A stretch of DNA of 64,000 nt, taken from positions 128,001-192,000 of the forward strand of contig CAVUWV010000009.1 in NCBI GenBank assembly GCA_963745075.1, in the 5' to 3' direction. Positions within the stretch are counted from its first letter, which is position 1. Each line of letters opens with the position of its first letter. The position numbers and the translations under genes were made by a program. The stretch is from Candidatus Hydrogenedentota bacterium (lineage in GTDB: Bacteria; Hydrogenedentota; Hydrogenedentia; Hydrogenedentales; SLHB01). Below the pieces are notes generated by a model. That model was not told the DNA's origin and made no database searches. It was given only the letters and a program-made list of their open reading frames with translations. Below are positions 19,880 to 30,105 of this stretch, piece after piece.

Positions 19880-19886
19880 CTTGAGA

Positions 19887-19996
19887 CCTACTTGCTAAAG
19901 CTCGAAGACGGCTCCTACCTCACCCCGACCTATGAAACGGTTACCACCACCCCCGGGGAAACAACCCAACACGATATCCTGCTGACCAGCCCTTGA
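19887..19996 (+). pseudogene. Detached 3' end of the ECF sigma factor gene
   Basis: YLLKLEDGSYLTPTYETVTTTPGETTQHDILLTSP* is in frame with ...LQFGA once the IS and one TSD are removed. Confidence 0.85.
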
Positions 19997-20083
19997 GGAG
20001 TCTTTCTCCAGCGAAACGCAAGACCGAAAAAGACAAATCCACTGGCATTAGGGACCTTGGTCCGTACAGCTCGGAGATGTACC

Positions 20084-20942
20084 TTACGAATCGGGCCCCA
20101 CTTGTCCCGAGTCCTCCTGCAACTGGCGGATGAACTCCGGGTCGAGGGGAATGCCGCGGGTTTGGCAGTCGACCACGGCGTCCCAGGCCTGTTTGTAGTC
20201 GCCGCGATGCCAGTAGGCCACGGCCAGTCCCTTGCGGGCGGAGGCGTTATCCGGATTGTAGGCGAGGGCGGTCAACCAGGTCGTGAGGGCGGCGTCGTAC
20301 TTCTCGAGGTCCAGGTAGCACAGACCCAGGTTGTAGTAGTCGCTCGACCGGCCGGGGTCCAGGCGGATGACCTCCTTGTACGCCCGCGCGGCATCTTCGT
20401 ACTGTTCCTGCCGGAACAGCAGGTTGGCGAGTTGCGACCACACCAGGAACGTCGTCCGGTTTGAGTTCCGTGAGGCGTTCCAATTGCTCGGCGGCAGAAT
20501 CCAAATCACCCGAGTCCCGCAATGCCGCGACGAGGTTTTGGACGGTTGTTGGATCGTCCGGGTCATACTGCAACGCCATGTGATAGGAAGTGATGGCTTC
20601 CGCCACCTGGCCCAAGCGCCGTTTCGCGAGACCGAGATTGCAGTACGCCGCCGCGTAGTCCGGACGCAACCGGATCGCCTCGGAATAGGCGTTCGCCGCC
20701 TCGGCGTACCGGGCTTGATCGAAATATGCGTTGCCAAGTTCGTAGCGCAGTTCGGGATCGTCCGGGGCTACCAGAACTGCTGCTTCCAACCGCGAGAGTT
20801 CCGACGCCGGCCCCGCGGCGGGTGCAGGTGTTTCGGCTTTCGTACTCGTGTGTGCGCAGCCAACTACTGCCAGGACGGCAAGCATGAGCGCCATGCCAGG
20901 CTGTAGTTGTCGAGCAAAACGAAGAAGGGCCTCATTGCGCAT
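20084..20942 (-). CDS. TPR-repeat lipoprotein, frameshifted near 20450
   Basis: Lipobox VVGC; TPR helices continue from ORF 20247-20942 into ORF 20084-20737 at KPDD/FLVWSQLA. Confidence 0.82.
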
Positions 20943-20982
20943 GCATTCAGCGTAATCAGGCCCACCAGTGAATTCAATGGGG

Positions 20983-22899
20983 TTATGCGGACTGCGCAGT
21001 AGCCATTGACTTAATCTTCTCCGGCGCGGGCATCCATTCCGACGGAATCAGCTTCCGATAGTCATCGATGGTCCCATTCGACATGTAACACTCGATAATC
21101 CATCGTCCTAGCGGAAGGAGATCCGGCGTCACGAAAGTTTCGACATGCTTACGGAAGAACCGGTCCAGAATCGCCGCGCCCTCGTCGTATGCTTCTTCGC
21201 CAACCTCCGGCTGAGTGTCAACCTGCAAGAACCACCGCGTGATGTTGGCGCCCTCGACGGTGACATCGTGCAGGGCGTAACCCAGCAGGGGGCAGCGCGC
21301 CTCGCGAATCTGTGTCGCCCGGAACCGCGCCATTCCCCGGCGTGCGAGGTACTCGCGTGTGATCCACTGGGGCATAAAGCTCGTGTGCCAGGCCCCAATG
21401 TGTTGATTGGGGCACAGGATGTACAGCGTCGCCGGCGTGGACTCGATCTGTTTCAACAGAAGATTTGCGTGGTCGACCTTCCGGCCCGTTGCGAAGGGCC
21501 AGTACGAACCGACACCTTCGCTGGTCATCTCGTCCGTATCAACAATGCTCGGGTTGGCGTACCCGCGCGGGGCCACCAGCCGCCACAGCCAGGCCAAAGC
21601 CGGTGGCAGAATATGAAACAGGCCGATGATTCCATAGCTCGGCTTCTCGCGCGTACACGGCGGCGTGCGAACGCCCAGGCTGCGAATGTCGACGGTCACC
21701 GCGCCGTCCACCACGTCCGGGATCGCACGTCGTGGAAGGACCACGCGCGGATTCGGGCATGGTTTGCCGGGCGCGTCTTCGACATGCTCCCAGATCAGGG
21801 CGCGCCCGCCCGCAACCGCGTCGATATTGAGGAACAGAAGCGGCTCCGGCGGTTGGGCGGTCAAGCGCTCCAGTTGCGGGTCGGTCGCGTATTCGTCGAT
21901 GTGATTGACGCGTACGAACCAAGCGTTTTCCGCGTCCACGACCCGGAGTTTGCCGTCATTCTTTTGCAGCGACGGATGGCACAAGGCCATATCGTCCGTC
22001 ACCGGCCGGATTTCGCAACCTCGGGGCATCGTCACGTGCCGCATTTCGCCGGTGAGGATATTCTTGCCAAGCAAGAGACGCCCGTCCGCCTCGCGATGGG
22101 CCTGTTCGAGCATTTCGCTCTTGCCGCCCCCGCTGGCCCCCTCGTGCATGATCGTGACGAGGTTGTCGTACGGCGTGATGATTTGCGCCGTGGAACAATG
22201 GGCGGTGATCCACCCTTCCTTCTCACCGAGGTTCAGCAAACTGCCGTAGACGCCCTTCTTCGCGCTCGGACCGGGATACAAGTTGTAGGAGAAGACTTCG
22301 TGCACCTCCTTCGTCCGGTTGTGCACGACGATCTGCTTCCCATCGAAATGCGTGTGGCGGAAAGGTGGCGCCACGTAGATGACGAGCCGCGGCTTGAAAC
22401 CGTTGGGGAGATTGTCAAAGGGCAGGGTCTCCTGGAGCAATCCCAGTCCCAGCGCGAAAAAGCCCGCATTAGCCGGCGCGATAACCATGGCCTGAATGCC
22501 CATGTGCTCTTTTCCGGCGCGAAATGCGAACGTCACAAGTTCCTGTTGCTTGAGCCAGTCGAAGGTTTCTTTCCGTAGTCCGTCGAACGGTTTTCCATAT
22601 TTTTCCTTGAACGTGATCTTGTCCGTGGGGAGATCGTCACCCATGACCATGCTTTCCGGGTCGCGCCGGCGCATGTACGGTTCAAGGTAGTTGGCGGAAA
22701 CGCCGTTGCGCACCCGGACCACACGGGCCTCGACGACCTTGCCGTTTCCGGCCACGTCGTAGCTGACTTCGAAGGCATTGCTATTTTTTCCACCGCAGGC
22801 CAGATCGATCAACTCGGACGAGTGACCGACGACGGTAACCTTCGGACTCGTCGAGAGGATATCAGCCGCGTCTTTCGGGGGATTCAGTTTCTTCCACAT
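20983..22899 (-). CDS. DUF4914-family protein, PEP-carboxykinase-like
   Basis: SAKKGVY, AHCS, HEGASGGGKSE P-loop, VTDDM, ENAWFVR, NPRVV. Confidence 0.8.
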   Translation of the reverse strand: MWKKLNPPKDAADILSTSPKVTVVGHSSELIDLACGGKNSNAFEVSYDVAGNGKVVEARVVRVRNGVSANYLEPYMRRRDPESMVMGDDLPTDKITFKEKYGKPFDGLRKETFDWLKQQELVTFAFRAGKEHMGIQAMVIAPANAGFFALGLGLLQETLPFDNLPNGFKPRLVIYVAPPFRHTHFDGKQIVVHNRTKEVHEVFSYNLYPGPSAKKGVYGSLLNLGEKEGWITAHCSTAQIITPYDNLVTIMHEGASGGGKSEMLEQAHREADGRLLLGKNILTGEMRHVTMPRGCEIRPVTDDMALCHPSLQKNDGKLRVVDAENAWFVRVNHIDEYATDPQLERLTAQPPEPLLFLNIDAVAGGRALIWEHVEDAPGKPCPNPRVVLPRRAIPDVVDGAVTVDIRSLGVRTPPCTREKPSYGIIGLFHILPPALAWLWRLVAPRGYANPSIVDTDEMTSEGVGSYWPFATGRKVDHANLLLKQIESTPATLYILCPNQHIGAWHTSFMPQWITREYLARRGMARFRATQIREARCPLLGYALHDVTVEGANITRWFLQVDTQPEVGEEAYDEGAAILDRFFRKHVETFVTPDLLPLGRWIIECYMSNGTIDDYRKLIPSEWMPAPEKIKSMATAQSA

Positions 22900-23088
22900 G
22901 GTCTCGTTACACCTTTCCGTTTATGTTCTGGGGCCGGTCGAGGGCCCGCCGGGATTTAAGGCACTATCCAGGCGATGCGTTTGCCGGGTCGTAGTGGGTC
23001 GAACTTTGACCGGGACCGGAGCATTGATGCCGAACACACAGGGATCCCGGCATTCAACCCTCCGAAATGCGCATGAGAGAACCTGGTC

Positions 23089-24252
23089 TCAGGCCACGGA
23101 GCCGGTCAGATCGCGATAGACACGTTCCAACTTCGCCGCGCTTTCATCCCATGTCATGCCTTGCGCGCGGAGTCGAGCGTTATCGGCACGCTGTCGCGCC
23201 GCCGGCTCGTCGTCCAACAATGAATGAATTGCCGAAGCAATCGATTCCACGTCATACGGATCGACCAGAAGGCCCGTGTCGCCCACGACTTCGGGCAATG
23301 CCGAACCATCACTGGTCACAACCGGCGTTCCGGCCGCCATCGCCTCCAGCACCGGCAACCCGAACCCTTCATAGAGGGACGGATACAGGCAGGCGCTCGC
23401 TCCTCGCAACAGGAGAACGGCCTCGCGACGTTCCACGTACCCCGCGTGAACAACGTCGCCATCGCCTCGCTTCGCGCGTATCGTTTCGAGGATACCCTCG
23501 CTTTTCCACCCTAACTTCCCCACCAGGACGAGCTGGGGCAGACTGCGACGCTGTGCACGCACGCGATCGTACGCCTCAATCAGCCGCTCCACGTTCTTCC
23601 GCGGCTCCAACGTACCCAGGTGGATGAAGTACTCTCGGGTGATTCCGAGCCGCGCCGTCAACGCCGCGTGTGCGGCTTGGTCGAACGGCCCGTCAAACTC
23701 GCCAAGATGCACTCCATTGGGAACCACGTGGACCCGGTCCGGGCTGACACCCATCACGTCGACCAGTTCACGTCCGCAGTGCTCCGACACGGCGACCAGA
23801 ACGTCCGCTTCCTCCGCGCATTGGCGCAACAAGCGCGTTTGCACCGCAACCGTCCGCTGCGTATGGGTTTCCGGCACGCGAAGAAAAGACAGGTCGTGAA
23901 TCGTCACCAGTCGAATAGCGCGGCGCGTTGCAGGCGTCTGGTGGCACAGGTTATGGGCGATTGCGATATCGCCCGCAAACCACTCAACCGGAGGCCACGC
24001 AAACCGCGTCCACAACGCATATTTTAGCAAACGGGCATAGGGGAGTACGAATTGTTGCTGAATTTGTTGCAATTCACTGTGCAGTATGGACTTGCCTCGC
24101 CGGTCGCCCGTTGCCACCACGCGGTAATGGAAGTTGGAGTTCCGTCTGAGCAACGCCTGAACCTGATAAATCGCAGCGTACCCGACCCCCGTCACGGGAT
24201 ACTCGGCGGCGCAACTCAGGTCCAGTGCGACTGTCGTTTCCGATTTCGTCAA
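23089..24252 (-). CDS. Glycosyltransferase family 4 (MtfB/WbaZ-like)
   Basis: TIHDL, GTLEPRKN, PSLYEGFGLPVLEAMAAG. Confidence 0.93.
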   Translation of the reverse strand: MTKSETTVALDLSCAAEYPVTGVGYAAIYQVQALLRRNSNFHYRVVATGDRRGKSILHSELQQIQQQFVLPYARLLKYALWTRFAWPPVEWFAGDIAIAHNLCHQTPATRRAIRLVTIHDLSFLRVPETHTQRTVAVQTRLLRQCAEEADVLVAVSEHCGRELVDVMGVSPDRVHVVPNGVHLGEFDGPFDQAAHAALTARLGITREYFIHLGTLEPRKNVERLIEAYDRVRAQRRSLPQLVLVGKLGWKSEGILETIRAKRGDGDVVHAGYVERREAVLLLRGASACLYPSLYEGFGLPVLEAMAAGTPVVTSDGSALPEVVGDTGLLVDPYDVESIASAIHSLLDDEPAARQRADNARLRAQGMTWDESAAKLERVYRDLTGSVA

Positions 24253-24315
24253 TTGCGGTGTGTCCTGCGAACTGCACGCTTTCGAGACTTGGGCGGGCCG
24301 ATGGTGAGGGAGGCT

Positions 24316-25065
24316 CTATGCGTGGTCCTCGTCCGGTTCCTGGGCCGGATTTCCTGGCTGCGCGTCGTGTACATCTTCTTCCGGCGCCTCGGTTTCGGAG
24401 TCGTCCTTGGCGTCGTCCTTCTCTTCGCCATCGTTCTCGCCCGGCTTCTTCTTGCCGAAGCCGAAAACGCGAATCGCTAATTCGGCCGCCCGCAACTGGA
24501 TTCGGTCGTCCGTACCGTTCAGCATTTTTTCGACGAGCACATGCTTCAGCGTGTCTTCGACCACATCTTCCGTAATGGGTTCCGTCGGTGGAGACAATCG
24601 GCGGATGGCGTTCGCCCCCGCTCCATCCAGCGGCACAGGAAGCTGGTTTTGGGTATTGGGCTGGTGCTCCAGCGCCATTTGCTGGCGGTTGCGCAACGCC
24701 GCCATGCACATCTCCCGCCCCGAAACGATATCCGAGTTATCCGGGAATTCCTCGGCGAGCGTCTCGAAGATGGTGAGCGCTTGGGCGTATTTCTGCGAAA
24801 AATACAGATCCACCGCTTCCGCGAAGCGTCGCTTGGCTTCGGCCGGCGCCGCGCTGCCATTGCCGGAGTTCCATGCGGCACCGAATGGCGCCGCCTGTTG
24901 CACTGCCGCTGGCTTGGCCGGGGTCGGACCTTTTGCCAACGTCGCGCTGTCCGCCGTAATCGATATCACGCGACCGCACGCCGGGCACAGACCGGTACGG
25001 CCCAACGCGGACCGTGGGACCTGGATGCGTTCCCCGCATACACAAAGAACCATCAATCGACGCAC
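24316..25065 (-). CDS. Hypothetical protein with N-terminal Zn ribbon, TPR-like helices and acidic tail
   Basis: CVCG...GLCPACG; FAEAVDLYFSQKYAQALTIFETLAEEFPDN. Confidence 0.65.
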   Translation of the reverse strand: MRRLMVLCVCGERIQVPRSALGRTGLCPACGRVISITADSATLAKGPTPAKPAAVQQAAPFGAAWNSGNGSAAPAEAKRRFAEAVDLYFSQKYAQALTIFETLAEEFPDNSDIVSGREMCMAALRNRQQMALEHQPNTQNQLPVPLDGAGANAIRRLSPPTEPITEDVVEDTLKHVLVEKMLNGTDDRIQLRAAELAIRVFGFGKKKPGENDGEEKDDAKDDSETEAPEEDVHDAQPGNPAQEPDEDHA

Positions 25066-25117
25066 GAGTGTTATTCCCCTTCGCCAGGTTGCCGTTTTCC
25101 GGTTCGCGATCGCAATG

Positions 25118-26521
25118 CTACTTCCTGCCTAAAAACCGCAAGAGCGCATCCACCAGCATCTTCTGGTCGCCGTCTTCCGGTTCGACGATTGCCGGTATCG
25201 TATCACGTTCCGCATGGTCGTCTACCGGTTCCGAGGCGACCTCGTCATCCGTCATCGTCGCGGCCGCTGATTGCGCACGCTCCAATTCTTCGCGCAGCGC
25301 GTCGAGTTGCGCCCGTAGCGACGCATTTTCTTCGCGCAACGCGTTGGCCGTCTCGCCTTGGCCCTCCTGCGGAACCGCGTCCAGCTCCGCGCTCAACGCC
25401 TCGATTTGCTGCGTGGAATCTTCGATTCGAGCGCGCAACTCGGCCACTTCCTCTACAATCCGTGTCTTTTCTTCCGTGGCCGATGCAGTTGTCTCGCGCA
25501 TCGCGGTCAACTCGTCTGTAATCTGGTCGATTACCGCGGTCTTGTCTTCAAGACTTCCTTGCGCGTCCGTCAACGCCCGCTCGGTTTCGGCAAGCCGGTT
25601 CCGGATTGCGCCAACTTCGTCCTCTACCTCCTGCGCGGATTGGAGACGCGCATGCAAGTCTTCGATTGCGTGCGCTTGATCCGACTCGCGCCCGCGCAGC
25701 TCCTCAAGCAGTCCCAGGGACCGATCCAATTCCTCTACCTTGTCTTGGAGGTCGGCTCGCGCACGATTGCACTCCGCGCTCAATTCCTGGATTCGCGCGT
25801 CCTGCGCTTCGATCCGTTGCCGGCTTTCTTCGATGGCCGCATTTCGGGACTCGACGGCTTGTTCGTACTCCCGTAAAGCGCGCTCCTTCGAGGTGGCATC
25901 GCCATGCACGGTCTTGAGTTCTTCTGCCAGCCGCTCGGCGGACGCCGCGACTCCCCGTGCCTTTTCGATCTCCGATTGCAGCGCGGCAAGCTGCCGCTCG
26001 CGTTCCTGCACCAAGGATTGTAACCGTTCCACCTCGGCATCCGTTGCCGTATCCGCTGAGCTGCGCTCCGAGAGTTCCCGTTCCAATTCGTGGATCCGTT
26101 GGCGGGCCTTCTCCGCGTACTCGCGGTACTGCGCCAGATCCTGGTCGCGTTGCGCCAGACTTCCTTGAAACCGCTTCACTTCCCGGTTTAACCGGTCCAC
26201 GGTCGCCGATTTCTCCACCAACTGAACGTTCAGCCGATCCACCTCGGGCGACACCGGAAAGGCATCCTCGGGCGCTTTTCGACCGGATGGAAGAGGTGGG
26301 GGAACGGCGGCCGGTGGTGATGGGGGTTCTGCCGCCGGGGCAGCTTCGGCGGATTGCCGCTCGCCGTTGTCGGCCGGAACCTGTATGGCCGTCACCGGTG
26401 CAATCAAGTGGGCCGGAACTATCGCGATACGCTTGCAACGGCGGCACCACGCGTGACGACCGGCATGGGCGGTCTCCACCGTCAACCGATATCCGCAATG
26501 TGGGCATTCAAACTCAATCAT
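25118..26521 (-). CDS. Zn-ribbon plus long coiled-coil protein
   Basis: MIEFECPHCG...WCRRCK, Pro linker, about 300 aa of heptad repeats. Confidence 0.78.
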   Translation of the reverse strand: MIEFECPHCGYRLTVETAHAGRHAWCRRCKRIAIVPAHLIAPVTAIQVPADNGERQSAEAAPAAEPPSPPAAVPPPLPSGRKAPEDAFPVSPEVDRLNVQLVEKSATVDRLNREVKRFQGSLAQRDQDLAQYREYAEKARQRIHELERELSERSSADTATDAEVERLQSLVQERERQLAALQSEIEKARGVAASAERLAEELKTVHGDATSKERALREYEQAVESRNAAIEESRQRIEAQDARIQELSAECNRARADLQDKVEELDRSLGLLEELRGRESDQAHAIEDLHARLQSAQEVEDEVGAIRNRLAETERALTDAQGSLEDKTAVIDQITDELTAMRETTASATEEKTRIVEEVAELRARIEDSTQQIEALSAELDAVPQEGQGETANALREENASLRAQLDALREELERAQSAAATMTDDEVASEPVDDHAERDTIPAIVEPEDGDQKMLVDALLRFLGRK

Positions 26522-26676
26522 CCGTGTCAACCGTTCAGCCAACCGCGTGCAATTCACTACCCAGTATACCACCACTGCGCATACGTTCTCATTCGACAAC
26601 CACTGTTCCTGCAAAAAACGGGTGTTAGCGGAACTCGTTGGTGGAGCAGTGTAAAGGGCGCCCGAACGGGCGCGGG

Positions 26677-27900
26677 TCAGTCTTTCCGGAGCGCCGAAAC
26701 CAGGATCTCTCGGAGCTTTTCGGCTTCTTTGGCGCTGTTGAACGCCGTTTCGACCGTGTTGCGACCAGCTTGGCCCATCCGGTTGCGCAAGTCCGCATCA
26801 TCGACGAGTGTTTGAATACGCTGCACGAGCGCGCTGACGTCTCCGGGCGACGTGAGATAGCCAGAGATTCCGTCATCGACCAGTTCGGCAATGCCCGCAA
26901 TGCGGGTCGCGACAACCGGCAGTCCCGAAGCCATGGCCTCCATCAAGACCACCGGCACCCCCTCGGCAAAACTGGCCATAACGAAAATGTCGGACGCGCT
27001 GAGTTCTTCCCGAACCTGCTCCTGGGAGAGATAGCCAGTGATACGGACATTATCCGCGATTCCTCGTTCCACCGCTTTGCGCTGGAGCCAGTCCCGGTCC
27101 GGTCCGTCGCCCGCGAGTACCAGTTGGATATCGGGTTGCTCCGCGCGCAATCGTGCGACCGCTTCCAGGAGGATCGGCACGCCCTTTACAGCAGCGAGTC
27201 GCCCGATAAAGATAAGCCGTTTCCCATTGCCCTTGTGCAGCTTGGTTGTGAAGAGCGCGGGATCGACGCCGCAATGGATGATGTGCAGCCGATCCCAGCG
27301 GTCGGGAGGCGTCCAGATCATGGCCTGGCTCCGGCAAAAGTGGCTGATACAGCACACGAAATCCGCGCGCGCCAACTTGGCATCCAGGCGCCAACGATAC
27401 GGCTCGAAGAAGATGCCGGGCCCATGCAGGGAAAAGCTGAACGAAAAACCGCCCAACGCTGCAGCGAGCATGGCAACCGTACAACTGGAATCGCCGAGGT
27501 GATTGTGCAGATGGGTCAGGCCGCGCGTGCGCATGTATTCGACCACTAGTCCCGCTTCGAGGAAATACGCGAATTGGTACAGCAGCCCTTTGAATCCCGG
27601 CTGCCGTGTGGCCATCGCGAGGCGAAACGCCCGCAGGTACCGGAGCGGCGATGTAAACTTGAGCCGCCCGTGCGCCTTTGCCAACGCCACGAGCGGAAAG
27701 GGCGCCAGCACGTACGTGGTTTGGCGTTCTTGTTTCTGCTCCGGACTCACGCACTCCGATTCCGGAAGGCCGCGCACGGTGATGGTCTCGACGTGGATAC
27801 CGGCCTCGCGCAACGCGGTGATTTCCCGGTAGATGAACACAAACGGCGAAACCCGCAGGTATTCGCCCGTCATGTATGCGATGCGCCATTTCTCGCTCAT
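26677..27900 (-). CDS. Glycosyltransferase family 4 (WcaL/AmsK-like)
   Basis: HLHNH, IHCGVD, GRLAAVKG, SFAEGVPVVLMEAMASG. Confidence 0.92.
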   Translation of the reverse strand: MSEKWRIAYMTGEYLRVSPFVFIYREITALREAGIHVETITVRGLPESECVSPEQKQERQTTYVLAPFPLVALAKAHGRLKFTSPLRYLRAFRLAMATRQPGFKGLLYQFAYFLEAGLVVEYMRTRGLTHLHNHLGDSSCTVAMLAAALGGFSFSFSLHGPGIFFEPYRWRLDAKLARADFVCCISHFCRSQAMIWTPPDRWDRLHIIHCGVDPALFTTKLHKGNGKRLIFIGRLAAVKGVPILLEAVARLRAEQPDIQLVLAGDGPDRDWLQRKAVERGIADNVRITGYLSQEQVREELSASDIFVMASFAEGVPVVLMEAMASGLPVVATRIAGIAELVDDGISGYLTSPGDVSALVQRIQTLVDDADLRNRMGQAGRNTVETAFNSAKEAEKLREILVSALRKD

Positions 27901-28934
27901 GCCGGCGCCTCGGTTTGGTCTGCATCCGCCATTTTCGAGTCATCCGGTGTACAACATCGATCCAACGCCTCGGTCAAGGTATATCGCGGCGCCCAACCCA
28001 ACGTTTTGCGCAAGCGAGCATTGGGGTAGCGCAGCGGCTTGCAGCGGGCGTGCATCCGCGCCGGCGCCAGTATGCTGGGCAGCTTTCCTTCGCCTTGGAA
28101 AAACAGTTTGTTCGCAATCCAGGCGGACCGGCACACCACGCGCATGACCGTCCAAGGCACAGGAATTACCTTGGGCCGGGGAGATAGCCGTTTGCGGAGG
28201 AGACGAATGTACTTGCGGTGCGAGGGACAGCGATTGTCCACAATATTAAAGGTCTGGCCGATGGCCTCGTTTTTCTCCGTCGCCAACACGATCGCGTCCG
28301 CGCAGTTTTCCACGTAGGTCAACGGGAGTTTGGCCCCGGCGCCGATTCGAATCCACCGATGTTCGCTCAATTGCGCCCCCAGACACGCGGTCCACAGGTT
28401 ATCACGTCCGTAGATTACGCCGGGACGAAGCACCGTCAATTGGAGGCCGTCCCGTTCCGCGTATTCGCGTACCAGGTTCTCCTGCATCGTCTTGGTCAGC
28501 GCGTAGTCGTCCCGCTCGTCGAGCCGGATTTCGAGCGGTGACGTCTCCTTCAATGCCGTGTGGCTCCACTTCTCAATATACCCATACACCGAGAACGAAC
28601 TGATGGCGACGAGCCGCTTCACCCCCGCCTCGCACATGGCATCGAGCAGATTCTCCGTGGTCACGACGGTCCCGGTCAGTTGGGTGTACAAGTCACCCCC
28701 GACTGCGGCCGCGAGATGAATCACGGCGTCTACGTCATTCATTACCTGAGCCAGGCTCCCTTTGCTTCGAAGGTCGGCACGGACCAGTTTTACTGTCGGC
28801 TCGGCGTGCCATGGTAACGACGTTTCGTCCGTGGCGGGCCGAACCATGGCGTGCACTTCGTGACGGCGGCGCAACGCTTCCGCTACGACGTGTCGCCCCA
28901 GAAAGCCTCCGGCGCCTGTTACCAAGATTCGCAA
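27897..28934 (-). CDS. NAD-dependent epimerase/dehydratase
   Basis: VTGAGGFLG, SSFSVYG, YALTK, LRPGVIYG. Confidence 0.92.
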   Translation of the reverse strand: MRILVTGAGGFLGRHVVAEALRRRHEVHAMVRPATDETSLPWHAEPTVKLVRADLRSKGSLAQVMNDVDAVIHLAAAVGGDLYTQLTGTVVTTENLLDAMCEAGVKRLVAISSFSVYGYIEKWSHTALKETSPLEIRLDERDDYALTKTMQENLVREYAERDGLQLTVLRPGVIYGRDNLWTACLGAQLSEHRWIRIGAGAKLPLTYVENCADAIVLATEKNEAIGQTFNIVDNRCPSHRKYIRLLRKRLSPRPKVIPVPWTVMRVVCRSAWIANKLFFQGEGKLPSILAPARMHARCKPLRYPNARLRKTLGWAPRYTLTEALDRCCTPDDSKMADADQTEAPA

Positions 28935-28961
28935 TGTTAACCCTCTTCGCGGATGCCTGCG

Positions 28962-30035
28962 CTAAATCCGGTTGCCTTCCGCCACCAATGCGTCCATCAA
29001 TTGCGTCGTTTCATCCATGTCGTCGTGTGAGACCGGCAATTCTGTACCCGTTCGCAACGCCGTATAGGTTCGTGCCAAAAATGTCTGCATGCCTTCCAGC
29101 GGCGTTTTCCGGCGGATCTTGTTCAAGAACCCCGTGAAGGCGGACTGTGCCAGGCCAATGCCATTTACCCACTGATTGACCAGCGGCGAGAGCTGTGGGC
29201 CGGCACGGCGCGGAATGGTCAGCCGCACATACGGCTGAAACAGGTCGGTCTCCACCCATCCCTCCGAACCGCGCACGACCACGGTGAAGCAGTCCGGACC
29301 CTGATTGCTCGAAAACCGCAGCCGCGTATGGACGCCACCGCCAAACAGCAGCGCGTCCAAACTGTCAAATTCGAAGAGCGGATGATCGCTGTGCTTAGTC
29401 CAATGGGATGCCACCTCTTCGATTGGCGGCACGAACCGCAGCGCCAGATAGCAGAGGTGTGGCAGCAAATCGTGCAACGCTCCCGCGGGCAGCGTATGGC
29501 ATGGGTTTGGCATATTCTCGTCCGCAAAGGGGCTGCCTTTCTCCGTGATTGGCAGCGACATCCGGATATCCACCTCGCGCACTTCGCCCAACGCGCCCAA
29601 ATCGACCATCGATTCCATGTCGAGAATCTGTTCGTTGAACCGGTAGTTGTGATCCTCGGTCAACGCGTGCCCCTGCCACTGTGCCATTGCCGATAAGATG
29701 CGAAACTCTTCGTTTGTTGGCGCGATGGGTTTCTCGACGATGACGTGGGTACCGCTTTTCAGACAGTCGGCTGCCAGTTTGCAATGCGTATGCGGCGGTG
29801 TGAGCACGTGCACCACATCCGGTTTCGCGTGGTCGAGCATTTGCAGGTGATCCGTGTAATGCGTTTCCGCGCCAAACTTCTCCGCCGCATACCGGCCCAG
29901 CGCGTGAGACAAGTCGCAAACGCCGACGAGACGGGCCGCGGAACTGCGACTCAAGAATCGCAGGTGTTCCGCGGAGATGGGGCCTGCGCCGATCACGGCC
30001 GCGCGAAGCGGCGTCCGGTCGGATCCGTCGGTCAA
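28962..30035 (-). CDS. Gfo/Idh/MocA oxidoreductase
   Basis: VIGAGPIS, TPPHTH, HVIVEKP, NYRF; TTG start with AAGGAG SD (ATG 30062 is an alternative). Confidence 0.88.
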   Translation of the reverse strand: MTDGSDRTPLRAAVIGAGPISAEHLRFLSRSSAARLVGVCDLSHALGRYAAEKFGAETHYTDHLQMLDHAKPDVVHVLTPPHTHCKLAADCLKSGTHVIVEKPIAPTNEEFRILSAMAQWQGHALTEDHNYRFNEQILDMESMVDLGALGEVREVDIRMSLPITEKGSPFADENMPNPCHTLPAGALHDLLPHLCYLALRFVPPIEEVASHWTKHSDHPLFEFDSLDALLFGGGVHTRLRFSSNQGPDCFTVVVRGSEGWVETDLFQPYVRLTIPRRAGPQLSPLVNQWVNGIGLAQSAFTGFLNKIRRKTPLEGMQTFLARTYTALRTGTELPVSHDDMDETTQLMDALVAEGNRI

Positions 30036-30105
30036 GCGCTGCTCCTTTCCACGATCGCTCATATCCACTGCTCGAAGTCCACCATAGGAAGCCACAGAAG
30101 GCAAA

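Larger units (their letters stand above)
18367..19886 (+). mobile_element. IS481-family insertion sequence (1520 bp)
   Basis: 26-bp imperfect terminal IRs (left TGACAGATGCCAGGACATCGTTCAGT, right revcomp TCTCAAGTGCCACCACATCGTTCAGT); TSD CCTACT at 18361-18366 and 19887-19892; removal restores the host reading frame. Confidence 0.9.

Noticed and set aside
18362..19884. Long alternative-frame ORFs over the transposase (18373-19884 +, 18362-19474 -) and similar shadow ORFs throughout
   Set aside because: Arg/Pro-rich or antisense shadows of well-supported genes, as expected at high GC
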